Shown piece by piece: positions 1-12,699 of a DNA stretch of 45,821 bases. A program made the translations under genes and the position numbers. The stretch covers positions 118,976,036 through 119,021,856 of the forward strand of contig NC_068981.1 of assembly GCF_001194135.2 (NCBI RefSeq). The letters are read 5' to 3'. Every line of letters starts with the position of its first letter. The stretch's first letter is position 1. The stretch is from Octopus bimaculoides (taxonomy: Eukaryota). The notes below the pieces were generated by a model. That model saw nothing but the letters and a program-made list of their open reading frames with translations. It did not search any database and was not told where the DNA came from.

Positions 1-129
1 GAAAATACACACAAATGAAGCCTAGGTGCTTCGCAACAAAATTATTTAAAAATTCCAACAAAATGTGGACAGTAAAAGGTCAAATAAACGTTTACCTTCG
101 CAGCCGATGTGACAGCACGTCCGTGAGAA

Positions 130-158
130 GAGATAGATAGATAGATAGATAGATAGAC

Positions 159-219
<61 letters not shown>
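130..219. repeat. (AGAT)n microsatellite; a second tract lies at ~470-533
   Basis: Directly visible tetranucleotide repeat; explains the LSIY-repeat ORFs. Confidence 0.97.
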
Positions 220-470
220 TGCACTTTTTTTACGTGATGGGTGTGGAGAATGGTGTTAGGCTCATGGTGTCTTCAGACACTCTGGGAATGGTGAGATAAG
301 TACAGTCAGTGTTTTGTTAACGTTTATGTTTTGTTGAAAACTATTGTAGGTCAACGCCTGCAGGAAAGGCAAGTATATACATACGTGCATGCGTGTGTAT
401 GTGTTTGTTTGGTTGGTTGGTTTTTGTGAATTTGCGTATGCGTGTGTGCGAGCGATAGCTAGAGAGCTAA

Positions 471-534
<64 letters not shown>

Positions 535-1489
535 CATACGTGTGGGTGGGGATAGTTGCGTGTGTATGTGTAGTTGTGAATGTGTCAGTTGTTTTAAAAT
601 TTACTTTGAATTACATTTATATGCTTGTATTTTGTTTTCTCACTGTTACTGTTGACGCCTTCATTACCGTAGTCATCAACGTCGTCGTTGGTGGTGGTGG
701 TATTGTTGTTGATGTGATTGCTTTTGGTGTTGTTTGCTTTTTTTTTTTAATAGTGTACTGTTGATATAATTCAAGTTGACATTATAACTCAATATTACCT
801 CAATACACAATAAAACTGAGTGCCTCTTTCGTTTGTCAAATTTCTGGAACGTTCTCTCAACGTACTACTTTAAATTACAGAACTGAAATCTTGATATTAA
901 ACTCGACTGAAGAAAAATCCATTAATGTCACAAAGAACTAAAAGAAAAAGTAGTCATAGAAGAAGAATATGAAAAAGAAGTAAATAAAAATGAATTGTGG
1001 AAAGCAGAAAAGAGAGACGATGAGAAGTAAAGAAGTGAATAAGCTGTCAGCTTTGGAAATTGCTGGATGGAAACAAAATATTAAGATTGCGTTGAATTTA
1101 ACACTTTTCATTCCAAAAATTTGTAAATTCTCACGCAATGATAGCACACAGTAGTTTACTTATATTTTTGGTTTCGTTTGACTTTTAAAAATTGTATTTT
1201 TTTATTTTTTACATATATTTTAAAGTTCGATACGGTGAGTGCTTGTGACGTTCATGGCTTTCTTACAGAGAAGTCATCGTATCGAACAGTAACTGAAATC
1301 GGAATATAGTCACGTCTGACTTGTTTCGTAAGACTCGCTGTCTACCTTACACGTTTCAATCATCGCCAAAAAACCACACGCTTATATAGTGGGGATAGGT
1401 ATAAGTAAATAAGCACCAATGTTTGGTTAGTACTTTATTTATGGTTCCTGGAAGATGAAGCACTGAGTGACCTTGATTAAAAGATTGCG

Positions 1490-1911
1490 TTCAAATTTTG
1501 GCACAAGGCCAGTAGTTTCTCAGGGGATCGACCCTAGTACTTGACAAGTATTTAATTTATCGATCCCGAAATGATTCGCAAAGTCGACCTCGGGGGAATT
1601 TGAACTCAAAACGTTAAGGCGGACGAAATGCCGCTAAGCCTTTTATCCAGTGTGCTAACGATTCTGCCAGCCCGCCGCCTTGATCTTAATTAAGATATTG
1701 ATTTCAAATTTTGGCACAAGGCCAGTAATTTCGGGAGATAGAATAAGTCAATTATATCGACCTCAGTGTTCCACAGGTACCTATTTTATCCACCCCGAAA
1801 GGATGGAAGACAAAGTTGGTCTGGCGGTATTCGAACACAGAACGTAAAGACAAACGAAATGCCGCTAAGCATTTCGCTCGGCACGCTAACGATTTCACCT
1901 ACTCGCTGCCT
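1490..1911 (-). mobile_element. Two head-to-tail tRNA-derived SINE copies (main SINE family of the window)
   Basis: Reverse complement starts GGCGGCGxGCTGGCAGAATCGTTAGCAC (A-box-like) and contains GAGTTCAAATTCC (B-box-like). The flank TGATCTTAATTAAxATATT is duplicated at 1681-1699 and 1912-1930. Confidence 0.85.
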
Positions 1912-1994
1912 TGATCTTAATTAAAATATTAACTTAATTATACAAACTTTTGTAAATCGCAATTGATATAAATATTATTAATGTTTCTCCACTC

Positions 1995-2160
1995 ACGTCT
2001 GTCTTTATGTTCTGAGTTCAAATTCTGCCGAGGTCGACTTTGCCTTTCATCCTTTCGGAGTGGATAAATTAAGTACCAGTTGCGTCCTGAGGTCGATCTT
2101 ATTGACTGGCCCTCTCCCCAAAAATTTCAGGCCTTGCGCCTAGAGAAGAAAAGAATATTT
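1995..2160 (+). mobile_element. 5'-truncated copy of the main SINE, inverted relative to the preceding pair
   Basis: gttctgagttcaaattctgccgaggtcgactttgcctttcatcctttcgg...ggccttgcgcctagagaagaaaagaatatt matches the reverse complement of the other copies. Confidence 0.85.
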
Positions 2161-2739
2161 CTCCATTCAATATTGGCAAAATAACAAAGTTAAATAAATA
2201 CACTAAATTGCTTTATGAACCGCTTATTTCTATTTGTAAGAACAGAAATTCATTATCCATAAATGAATTCCTTTATTCATAATATCAGGTATAAAAACTG
2301 TAATGCTTATAGCTGTGAAGCGTTACTGAAGCCGGGAAGTGTTCTGTGAAGCCTAAGTGTATCTACATACATCGATCTGCACAAGCTCCAGCCTATGAAG
2401 TATTGTTATATACCCCAAAGTAGCTCTGAGTAAACCTATGCTGTACAAAAATATTTCCTCCTATTTTTTATTTCGTGCATTGTACACTCTAGATTGCTTT
2501 ATTCAATTTGTCAATTTAAAAAAAAACGGTGGAATGTGATCTGAGAGAGATTTAGCTGCTATTTCTAACATGATGGACACCACGTAGACACATCATTATA
2601 ATCTCCAGTGTTGGATGATCTTGTATGGTCATATTGCAGTAATAATTGATTTTTAACCACAGAGAACGTTAGGTTATTTAGTCATACTAGCCTAATATCC
2701 GTCCTGCCGTTAGAGGAAATTAAATATGCGCAGAAATTC

Positions 2740-3130
2740 TCATTTCAAGCCTTTACAGAAAATTCAGATAGCTTACGTTGCATTAATACATCACAGTATC
2801 CAATGATCAAGATGTATGAGAGATTTTTAGTATGATCGTTATTTGTATTTTATAAAAGAAAGTTATATTGTATAACAAAAAAAACTATAAAAGATATCAT
2901 TCAAATCTAATCTACTTCTCTACAGAATTTCTGCATACACGATATTCTTGACAAGATATACATTTCCATTCTTCGCTTTTGCCATAACGCGAAGTCAACT
3001 TGAATTTCCTACCCTGGAGATAACTCAAAATAATGACTTGGTAATTCCCGTATTTGTTAGAGTTTTAATTCAAAATGAAAGCTATGCAAATATTGGTGTG
3101 TATTTCAGAACATTCCAGTCTCCTTTACAC
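2740..3130 (-). promoter_or_regulatory. Cassette U0: most diverged copy of the repeated promoter/first-exon-like unit
   Basis: caagatgtatgagagattttta (~2808) matches caagatgtataagagatatta of U3. Minus-strand donor CAAC|GTAAG at 2776-2772, weak X-box-like tttgccataacgcg at 2978-2991, and aattcccgtatttgtta resembling agttccagtgtttgtta of other units. Confidence 0.4.
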
Positions 3131-3381
3131 ATAGAGGAAAATAATTGAGCTTTGTTTGAACTGAGTTGACATATGTACATAGCAGTTATATGGTCATAAA
3201 CAAACAGATTTATTATATACGTATATACATTAACGTTAGGATATTTACGAAATTTTGTTCCTGTGCTTTTTTAACAATGTTTTAATGAAATATAAGCCAT
3301 AACGCTAGACCTGAGGGAAAAGGTGTTCCAAACGTATATATATATATACGTTCCAAATGTGTATGTATGTATGTATATATA

Positions 3382-3583
3382 NNNNNNNNNNNNNNNNNNN
3401 NNNNNNNNNNNNNNNNNNNNNNNNNNNNNNNNNNNNNNNNNNNNNNNNNNNNNNNNNNNNNNNNNNNNNNNNNNNNNNNNNNNNNNNNNNNNNNNNNNNN
3501 NNNNNNNNNNNNNNNNNNNNNNNNNNNNNNNNNNNNNNNNNNNNNNNNNNNNNNNNNNNNNNNNNNNNNNNNNNNNNNNNNNN
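3382..3583. other. Assembly gap (N run); other gaps at 16789-17523, 35492-36067, 40873-40972, 42655-42808 and 44619-45278
   Basis: N runs, mostly bordered by (TA)n or (TATG)n microsatellites. Confidence 0.99.
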
Positions 3584-4039
3584 AGTGCCAGATCTAACGT
3601 TTTCTTTTTTAAGATAGTAGAATTTGATTTGGGAATTTGCTGGGTATCTCGCCGGTCGTTGCGACCACCTAGAGGTTTCCTTGTTGATACGTACTAGTTT
3701 GGGTGTATTCTTCTTAATTACTAGCGGTTAAATGCAACTAGAGGAGTAAATTGTTATAGTTGAAGTTGTTTCTGAATGCCTAACAATATAATATTTATAC
3801 ACGTACAGGTATCCATAAAGTAATGAAAGCAATCAACACCCATACAGATAAACCCTTATATAGCTTACTATTAAAGCACTAAATAAACACAGATAAAATA
3901 TATAAATACATGCACATAAGGGACATGCTCTTTCCACTCTACAACCTTTTCCCACTTAATCCTGCTACTGCCAGTACTTATAAGACACTCGTAAGGATAA
4001 TTCTTCAAAAGCTGAAATAAAGGAAATGAAGGATGTATC

Positions 4040-5600
4040 TTGAATTGGACAAAATATTATAGTCTGGATCAGGCATGGGAATATCAGACTCTCCTTCTTC
4101 TCAAATTCATCGACTTCGATAAAGCTTTTGCTAGTGCTAATAGGAAATTGATCTGAGATATATTCTCCCTAAGTGGAATCCCCAATATACTCATTGATAT
4201 CATTCAACAGTTGTACAAAAATACTCAATGCCAAGTAATACACGATAGATTGTTAAAAAGTTTTTAAATGAAAACTGGGAATATTTTTGGTTGCTGTCAC
4301 AGATTTCATTGCATTTTCTTTTTTCTATTTTGTTTCAAACGCTTTCAAATGTCGTTATCTTGATTTAGTTGTGTATGCTAATGATGGAAATGAAATTCAT
4401 TTTTGCCATAGATTAATAGTTAATAGCTTTTCAAGTTTGCAAATTATGGGTAATTTTAGCCTATCGAAAGCCACCGTTATACCGTAAACTTCAAATTGGT
4501 GTTTGTTTCCATAGTAACAGACAATCTGTGACAGTAACCGAAAAGATCCAAAACTGGAGTAAAGTTGGGATGTCTCTTATCGTCGGGGATCTTCTTGATA
4601 GCGACTGACAGGGTGATGTGTCAAGATATTCAGGTCAAAAAGGAAAGATACAGTAGACACAAAAACAGGTGCTACAGGACCTAGGCCAGTCATAGGAAAC
4701 TGCGGCCCATAGGATTTTCTGAATAGCACGCCTAGCGAAAAATGACCATGAATTTCTTTAGTAGTATGGCCACCTGATGATAAACTATGTCTCATACAGC
4801 CTGCTTCTGGAAAAAAAAAAAAGGTTGCTCATGCCTGATCTAGGCTTTGCGGTTGACATTTGTCTAATATCCAAGAATATTCATCACAGACAGAGAAAGA
4901 CAGACAAGCTAAGAGAGGTAGCTATGAAAAACCAGACTGAGGGTTAATGTTGAAAAGACAGAAATCAGAAAAATTCAAGTCGATGACTCTGTCAAGGTTG
5001 AAAAATTACACGTCAAATGAAGTGTAACATTTAACTTGACTAGGAGGCATGATATCTACAACTAGAAGCACGTAAGATAACATCGAAGTAAGATGACAAA
5101 GAAATCGAGCATTCAACATTTTAAAGCCTGCCTGGAAAGCAAAGTCTCTGTGCAAACATTAAACTAAAAATATTAAGAGTAACATGAAGTTCGTCAGGCT
5201 ATGTGGTGTTGGTTCAATGCAATTGAATGCAAATATCCTCAAAAATATGTAAATAATTATAACTACCTCAGAAGAATCCTAAACATTAGCTATCCAGAAC
5301 CTTTGAGCAATAACGCTTCTAGAACAAAGACAAGGAGGAATCCATCGACCAACAAATAGCGAGAGGTGGGTGGAAAGGGGTTCGTCACACGTTAAATAGA
5401 CCATGGGTTTGTTTGACAAGGCAACCCTTATATTTGGACCCAAGACAGAAAATAAAGGAAGGACGCCCATGGAAGCGCTGGTAGAGAAGAGAAAGTGAAG
5501 AGGACAGAGATGATACAGAACCAGATGAAAAGTAAAGCTCATGGCAGAATGTGTTAGAAGACTGCTGTGGAGAAGTTACGTTCCACCATCAACATTTGAA
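4040..5600 (+). mobile_element. Decayed RTE-clade LINE (RT domain and 3' end) interrupted by insertions
   Basis: Frameshifted translation gives FIDFDKAFAS..GIPNILIDIIQQLY, KTGVKLGCLLSSGIFLIATD, QDLxFAVDICLIS and LRVNVEKTE, which are RTE-type RT motifs. Confidence 0.85.
4687..4837. mobile_element. hAT (Charlie-like) MITE inserted in the RTE RT domain
   Basis: Imperfect TIRs CAGTCATAGGAAACT / CAGGCATGAGCAACC and 8-bp TSD acctaggc (4679-4686) / atctaggc (4838-4845). Removing it restores the QDLxFAVDI motif. Confidence 0.8.
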
Positions 5601-5859
5601 AATATTAATTTAATATAGGTATAAAGTTTCCATTGTAATTTGTCATGATATATTGGTAGGATATATTGATATCATAGCAATATGATATCATATTGTGGTA
5701 TGTTTTGGATGTATGGTATTAAGAACATGTATCTTCAGTATAAAGTTCTGTATAAATGGCATACATTAGCTGTTAATGGTTCATGTATATCGCTAGTAGT
5801 GGAAACATTGATAAATCTTTTTTTTTTACAAGACCACCGGTAATTTTTTTTTTTTTTAG

Positions 5860-6150
5860 TTTGGTAAAGAGAGCTGTGAATATGGCTTTCGCAAGCCCAC
5901 CGACCCAGTAAGATGGACGTAGGTAACGCTCCTCATGAAAAGTTGAATGTCTACATCTGCAATGAGAAAAAACGTGTCAGTATAGAATTCTAGGCGGCTG
6001 GTTTTAAGGAAAAGTAGATGTATTGGGTCGTACGAGGCCTGGCTTGGCATGAGGCAATATGAATGACGAGATGAAAAATGATATGAATAGAAGTGATACG
6101 AGACTAGTTAGCTCCGAAGAGCAGAGGCCATTAGACTAGCGGTGGAAAAG
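5860..6150 (+). mobile_element. Probable RTE LINE 3'-end fragment
   Basis: Degenerate resemblance to the RTE C-terminal W.GHV.RM...GRP..W region. Confidence 0.45.
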
Positions 6151-6454
6151 GAGAGAAAACAACATGTCTTTGAACCAGAAATTGGAGAGAAATGGTGAGG
6201 AAACAACCACTAAAGCTGCCTAGTTCATCAGCAGTCAAAAGACTATGTACTGAACTAAATACTTTGGACGTCAACTAAATATTAGTATATTGCTTCCCAG
6301 TGTGCAGCTGAAGTGTGCGAACCACGTTCACACCTAGATTTCGGAGATATTCCCGCTACTCCTGTCTGCTTTAAACTCTTTTCGTTCATTCATTTCTTTT
6401 ACGAAGAGGTACTGTCTTTCACTATGCTTTTGGCTTTGTCAACCTGTTCCACGA

Positions 6455-6555
6455 AGGTGGCGAGCTAGTATAATCGTTAACACGCCGGACAAAATGCTTA
6501 CTGGCATTTATTTTGTCCATCTTTAAGTTCTGAGTTCAAATTCTGCAGAGGTCGT
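6455..6555 (+). mobile_element. 5' fragment of the main tRNA-derived SINE
   Basis: ggtggcgagctagtataatcgttaacacgccggacaaaatgctta...gttctgagttcaaattc. Confidence 0.75.
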
Positions 6556-6599
6556 GGAATATGTAGATCATATTCTCCGAACCAATTTAATCATTCAAG

Positions 6600-7000
6600 T
6601 CAGCGAGAAATATCAAGAAGTTATGAAATCAAGAAAGATTACCTTTCATGATACGTAAGGAGCCTGTATGTTGTCGTTCTATTTGCTAGAAATAGTACCC
6701 CGGGTTTCTCTCAAATCACACGCTAATTTAAGACAAATTAGACTGGAAAAATGACAGTATAAATTCAGGGTTGATCTGGGGTTAAACGACAACGTTAAAT
6801 ATTTAAATTCCATTAGAAAAATTTGTCAACTCTCATTAACAATCAGATATTTGAAAACGTGCCAGCTGTTCAATGTATTTTCATGAAAAATAAACCTCAA
6901 TCAGGTTGATGTCATAAAATATTTTACAGTTAGATATCATAATGTTGCCATGGCAACAAACACGTAATTAAAAAAAGCCGTTACAGTGAAAATTTTACTC
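6600..7000 (-). promoter_or_regulatory. Cassette U1 (exon-like part interrupted by a ~150-bp repeat)
   Basis: Perfect X-box at 6944-6957, aacaatcagatatt at ~6839, and minus-strand donor GAAAG|GTAATC at 6642-6637 in a context homologous to U3. Confidence 0.6.
6944..6957. promoter_or_regulatory. Perfect RFX X-box palindrome GTTGCCATGGCAAC
   Basis: Exact match to the established palindromic RFX-binding consensus. Homologous variants occur at 13493, 15262, 19400, 25618, 27735 and, degenerate, 10097. Confidence 0.7.
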
Positions 7001-8727
7001 TCTTTCCCACTTATGTTATTTATTCAGTTTCAGTGTGAATCTTACTCGTTCTTTCTCAAACTATTTCCCTGTACGTAAATCTTGTTCAGATTTTAGTGTA
7101 CCATATGTTACGCACGCATACATACGTACACAAAAGTCAATGTGTAACCGTGCTCTTTACAGCAGCGAGTTTGCTTGTTCAAGTTGTCAGGGTTTCACTC
7201 ATCTCGTGGCAATCTAAATATGCGGCCAGCTGGGTCATATGATCCAGTATTTTAGTCAAGTACATTGGACTATGCAACTTTTTAATCAATCAGCATCCTT
7301 CATATCGGTGCAAGAATTTCACCCAGAAGATTGTAAAAACAGGGGATTTTAGATTATTAACTTAAATCTACCATTTACCATAGTATTCCACATCAGTTGT
7401 AAGTTCAGTTCTTACATATAACATACGGACTTTTTAATCATCTCAGTGAAATGTATTTCTGATACTGAGAAAACTTACTCAACAGTTATTCCCTTGCATG
7501 GTGTACTTCTCTATATATCAAAGACACTTCTTTCGCAGTCTCTAATAGATTTTAAACTGAAACACAATTTATTGCTTTGAGTTATCAGACATTTTGTCTA
7601 TTGCAGTAAGTACTGACAATGTGTATTGATTAGTTTTAACTTTATTAGACCCATATAATTTCAGTTCTTTGTGATACCTTTTTTCTTTTGCTGTTCGTGT
7701 TCATGGAAACGCATCTGTGGATGTGTTGTGACCTAGAGTACTCTTTTAACGTAATTAAATCATTTCTATATTGGAGTTAGTCTTATCTTCTGTCTCCTTA
7801 TCATTTTTTATCGCCACTCACTACTACACTAAAGATGTACGAGAGAATGTATACATATTGTAATAATTAGGTAGATTCTTTAATGTTCTGAGCTCCATGC
7901 CCGTAATAATCGATTTTTTTTAATCATCTTTCTAGGTTCCATAAAAGAACAATATATATTCTAGTGTATATTCAGATTTATGTTCTTACGGTCATATTAA
8001 AAGTATTAGAAATATTTCGAAGTAATGACAAACAAGAACGTCAGCATTACATATAACTCCTAACAGTATCTGAAAGACATTCAATATGAGAGGAACATGT
8101 GGAGTGAACATAAAAACGTTATTAAATTATTAATCTTTTGCTGTGAAATATCTGTTAGATATCATGCGATAGGTTGTAAAAGAAACTGATGTATATGGTA
8201 TTTGAGAATTATCGACATGTGTAAAGATGGTACAAAGTTGCCAGGAAAGTGAATACATGACAGTTCCAGTTTTCAATAGTAATCAGTCAATTTATGCCAT
8301 CAATACCTATAAAAATTACTTCAACTGTTTCTTTTTTTAACCAGACGTCAGGCTCTTTCTTAATAAAGTGTAACAGAGAGAGTCAACTGACGAAATTTAT
8401 TTAGAATCACAAGACTAACTTTTGTAGTCGCAATTTTATCAACAAGAGGTGCTAAATTAAATAAAATGAACATCAAATACCAAATGTCATCCATGCCATA
8501 TATTTTCTTGATTATATTTTTCTTTTCCCCCCTCACCCCAAAAGAAAGTTTTTCATTTATTGATAACTGTGTTTAATTGTAATGTCATTAAGCTGCCAGG
8601 TCACACTTTTCAACGAAAGTCTTCCTTATAAATGTTTACCGTATGTACATTTAGCAATGTTAGAGATTTCTAGCAGAAGTACACAGTGACGTATTCTCGA
8701 TATTGATACCTGATTGGTACTTTATTT

Positions 8728-8953
8728 TACGAAGATGTGCAGAGAAGTTCCTGGCTTTGGGTAAAAGAAAATATAGGGGGATCAGTTAATTATGACTTTA
8801 TTCAACATATTCCCTTCTCAGACTCACATCACACTCTTATTGCAGCGGTCCTTCGGTTTTTTTAATCCCTGTAAAAGAACTCGGAAGGTTGGACTTCCAA
8901 CCAGGCCTTTCGCGACACCCTTAAAACCAGGAACTTTTCAGTACCTCCTCGTA
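8728..8953. mobile_element. Mariner/Tc1-type MITE inserted at a TA inside a SINE remnant
   Basis: TIRs of about 30 bp including the TA: tacgaagatgtgcagagaagttcctggcttt ... aaaaccaggaacttttcagtacctcctcgta. SINE sequence continues on both sides. Confidence 0.85.
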
Positions 8954-9479
8954 TTGATCCAGGAAGGATGAAAGCTAAAGAACTCGGAGAAACAACATAT
9001 TCATTTATTGCGTGGGCACAAGGCCATAAATTAGGGGTGAGGATTTTTTGTGATTAGATAAACCCCTGTACTTGATTGGTATTTTAATTTATCAAACTCG
9101 GAAATATGACAAACAAAATTCTGCTATCCAGTTCCCTTATAATAATGGTGATTTCTAAAGTTGGCACATAGTCACAGACTTTGGGAAGGTGGCAGTCGAA
9201 TCTGAGAACTTAACTGACAATTATTTTGTGGAACTTAAATTAATCAAAAACGAGTGTAACTTCTGTCAAACCCTGGATGTATGACATATTCTGCAGGTCG
9301 TACATGTGCCATGTAGAATATCATCATCTTTTCAATTCTGAAGTAAATTTTAAAGATAAAATCTTCTTGGGAGTTGCAGTCTTTACGGTATCGTTATTGT
9401 GTGGTCATAATGAAAACGTCAAGATCTGGAAGGTATAGCATTTGTGAAAATTTCAGTAGTTGGTCGATTAAGTAATCTC

Positions 9480-10470
9480 TGGTGGTGTGGGTACAGTTCC
9501 CGTGGTTGTGATATGTGTGGTGACTATATTCAGTTGGACCGAAGAAATGAATGTCAACAGTCTATATAAACATGGCTTGTAGTAAATATATTGTATATTT
9601 TTATGCATAAAATTTAGAGATTTTGTAAATTTTGGCTGCATTAAATATTGACTTCAGTGTAACAAGGATAACTTGAAAGTAAGAGAATACTCTGGAATGT
9701 AGAAACGAAACTAAATAACCTGATTTTCTGTCTTTGAAACAAAATACAAATAACATATGTTATATATGTGAGATTAAAGATAATTACTTACCAAGATGTG
9801 CAGCAGTGATATCAAGAAAACAGTTAAGAAAAAAACGTCAACTTTTCTCTTTAATAAAATATTGGGAAAACGCATTGAGCGTCCTTTGTTTTCCAATTTA
9901 AAACATATTAAGTAAGGCAGACATCAGTTGACGTCATTACACAAAGCATTGCAGTTAATGTTCTTTACTTTCTGACTTTTTATTCAATCCTACCCGATTA
10001 AATAAGAACCAGTCAAGTACTGAACAATCTGATTAATTGTATGGTCAGTGAGCAACGACATAATTCGTAGAGTACCGGCCAAATTCGGTGGGATGTGCTG
10101 TCATGGTATGTGATCAGAAACAGTGTTACATTATAAGAGACGTATTGAGAGAAACGATATTGCAAATTGAGGTCTAAGACGTGTGGAAAGAAAAGATATA
10201 CAAATTGAAGCTTAACTGTCTACACGACCTTATCTCGATTTCATAGTAGAAATTGGCCAACTTATTTATGTCACTAATACCTACAGCCAGAATCAAAGGA
10301 AATTTACATAAAATTCTTTATGATACAATCATTCCTAACTGATATTTATTCGAAAACATTCATTTTAACTAAGTACCAGAGATTTTGTAAAGAGTGGAGC
10401 AGATCAAGAACAATTCAGTCAAATCCTTCACTACCATATACCAAATGTGATACTTCATTTGTAAAACGAC
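9480..10470 (-). promoter_or_regulatory. Cassette U2
   Basis: Donor CATCTTG|GTAAGT at 9791-9786, full CRE TGACGTCA at 9929-9936, degenerate X-box gctgtcatggtatg at 10097. ttggctgcattaaatattgacttcag matches ctggttgcattaaatgttgactacag of U6. Confidence 0.6.
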
Positions 10471-11524
10471 AGAGACAGGAGACAGGAGACAGAACTAAAC
10501 TAAATAATGAATCTCATTATTCATGGAAAATGTCTTTGACCATGTAAATGCTAGATTAACCTTCCTTAATAAATCAACTTCGGTAATCACACATCTTTCA
10601 TGAGGATGGTGTTAAAATGTTTAATTAAAACACGTTAAAACTGAACATCTGCTCGTCTGCTTCAGTGAATTCTTTTATATTTACTCTAGTGCCAACAAGC
10701 TAGCATAATGATATCGTTTTAGCAGTAGCAAGTGTTAGTAGGAAATAATGAGCCACAGAATTCTCATTATAACCGTTCAACCAGCCAGAAATAGGCAACA
10801 CATTTCCTCAAATCAAAACCATGAAATAGGAATGACATTGTATAGTGCGTCAATGCAGTGGGATTTCAAACTGAACACATTGTGCAACTTCTTTAATTTG
10901 TAACTCTTTCCAGAAATTTTATCAGATTTCTAGGTTTTCTCTTGATTCGGAGATTGAGAATTAGTAGAAAAGTCATTGGAAATTTCAACTTTTGTTTCAT
11001 TTTCTCCCTTCTCATTCTGGCGGTAAATTTTAACATTTTGACTTTCTTTACAAAAGCTCGCCTTTACGAAAAGCATAAACACACACACACACACACATAC
11101 ACGTGTGTGTGCATGTGTATGTGTGTTTGTGTCTCCTTATTTACAAATTGTGTGATAGTTGTAAATGGGCGTTTCCGATCTCCCATGAAAATATGTCTGG
11201 CCATGAAGAAACATCGTTTAACTTAGAAACAGGTAACAGTTGGCTACAGGAAGGGCTTTCGGCTGCAGAACACCTGCCTCAACGAATTCCGTTCGACTCA
11301 TGCAAATATAGAAAAGTGAAAGTTTAATGAATGATGATATGCACAGAAAAACACACATATATGAAACCACACTTACATATAAACAACACGATTGCAGACG
11401 AAATAGTGTAAGTAAATGAAAATTTGGTTGCTCTTCCTAGCTTGCCCAGCGACCATCTAAATAACCCTAATGCGTAATCATTATGTTTGCAGCCACCACC
11501 AACGTTGTTATGTAAAACTCACCA

Positions 11525-11740
11525 CCTACATACATTCAAATTTTGGCTCAAGGCCAGCAATTTCAGAGCAGAGATTAGTCGATTACATCCACCCCAAGCT
11601 GATACTTATTTTATTGACTCCGAAAGGATGAAAGACAAAGATAACTTCGGCAGTATCTGAAATGAGTAAAAAAAAGCCGGAAGAAATGCCGCTAAACATT
11701 TTGGCCGATGCGGTAACAATTCTGCCAGCTCATCGCCTTC
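11525..11740 (-). mobile_element. Main tRNA-derived SINE copy
   Basis: ttcaaattttggctcaaggccagc...ccgaaaggatgaaagacaaag...ttctgccagctcatcgcc. Confidence 0.85.
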
Positions 11741-12354
11741 CAACATACATACTTAGATAATAAACATACACAATACTCAATTATAATGCATATTCTTTAT
11801 AAGTGAAATATTGAAATGTAAATTAATTTCTAAGATTTCACTACCCTACACTTTTTGTAATTCTAGTGAATGGTTATAAATCAATTTTGGCGTAGTTTTA
11901 CACAATTTCTGTCATACACATTACTTGATGTACAGTTTGAAAAATAGTAAACTATAAAAGTTTAATAGCTGAGATAATGACAATCTGTAAAAGTCAATAT
12001 TGATATATAAAAAAAATAATTGACCATCAATTATCATTTCTTGACATATCAGAATCCTTATCATGCCCGTCACTTAGAGGGTGCACTGGATGGCACTGCC
12101 CACCCTCGATTCCATGGTGCACCTTCAGATTTAGAAAATACAGTTCACAAAAATCTTTCTGGAATACAAAGAACATTCTGACGCACTCATTGGCACCAAA
12201 ATCTGGTGACGGGTCTGATCCTTATCATCCGCATACAGCTGTTATTTCAGGCTCCTTATCAGCACCATTTAGTTAGGAATTTGGAATCTGTTAAATGAAT
12301 CTATGCGTGAGGAGTTGTATTAGTTTATTGTTCGTTGTAGTAGGCTACGAAATT

Positions 12355-12550
12355 CTCACATTCTCTTGAATTCCTGTAATTCAGGCTGCCTCATGGTCCC
12401 AGCAAACAGAATGGAAAAGGCGTTGCCCCGAAGGATAGCGAGGGTGACAGCTGGAACTGTGACTTTGACAGTTCCACCTGCGGATAGCCATCGCTTCCCC
12501 AAAAGCGTTGAGCATGAATATGGTCCAAGGGACGAGAACGCAGAATACAC
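12355..12550 (-). mobile_element. 3' fragment of a CRE-like RLE non-LTR retrotransposon
   Basis: SLGPY...TLAILRGNAFSILFAGT resembles the CRE-clade C-terminal motif S(L/I)AIQRGNA.S(I/V)LGT; AATAAA follows the stop. Confidence 0.55.
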
Positions 12551-12699
12551 ACTTTTTTGTGTTTTTTTTTTCTTTTTTCATTATTTTATACATTAGATAT
12601 TTGATTGACCTCTCTAATTACTCGTGGAGTGTATCAAACAAGAAAATATAAAATCTTTTTAACTAATCAGCAGTTGTTTTGTCTTTGAGATGAAGTCTT

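Noticed and set aside
42-537. ORFs of 60 and 91 aa with LSIY repeats
   Set aside because: They are translations of (AGAT)n microsatellites.
2948-3148. 66-aa ORF after a plus-strand ctacAG acceptor
   Set aside because: No recognisable domain, and the segment aligns weakly with the non-coding cassette block.
6944-6970. Conserved plus-strand ATG-RCR-ACA-RAC-AC micro-ORF (MATNT*, MTTDT*) or minus-strand VSVVMTT peptide in the units
   Set aside because: It overlaps the X-box palindrome, the stop position is not shared (read-through in U6), and the variation fits CpG decay.
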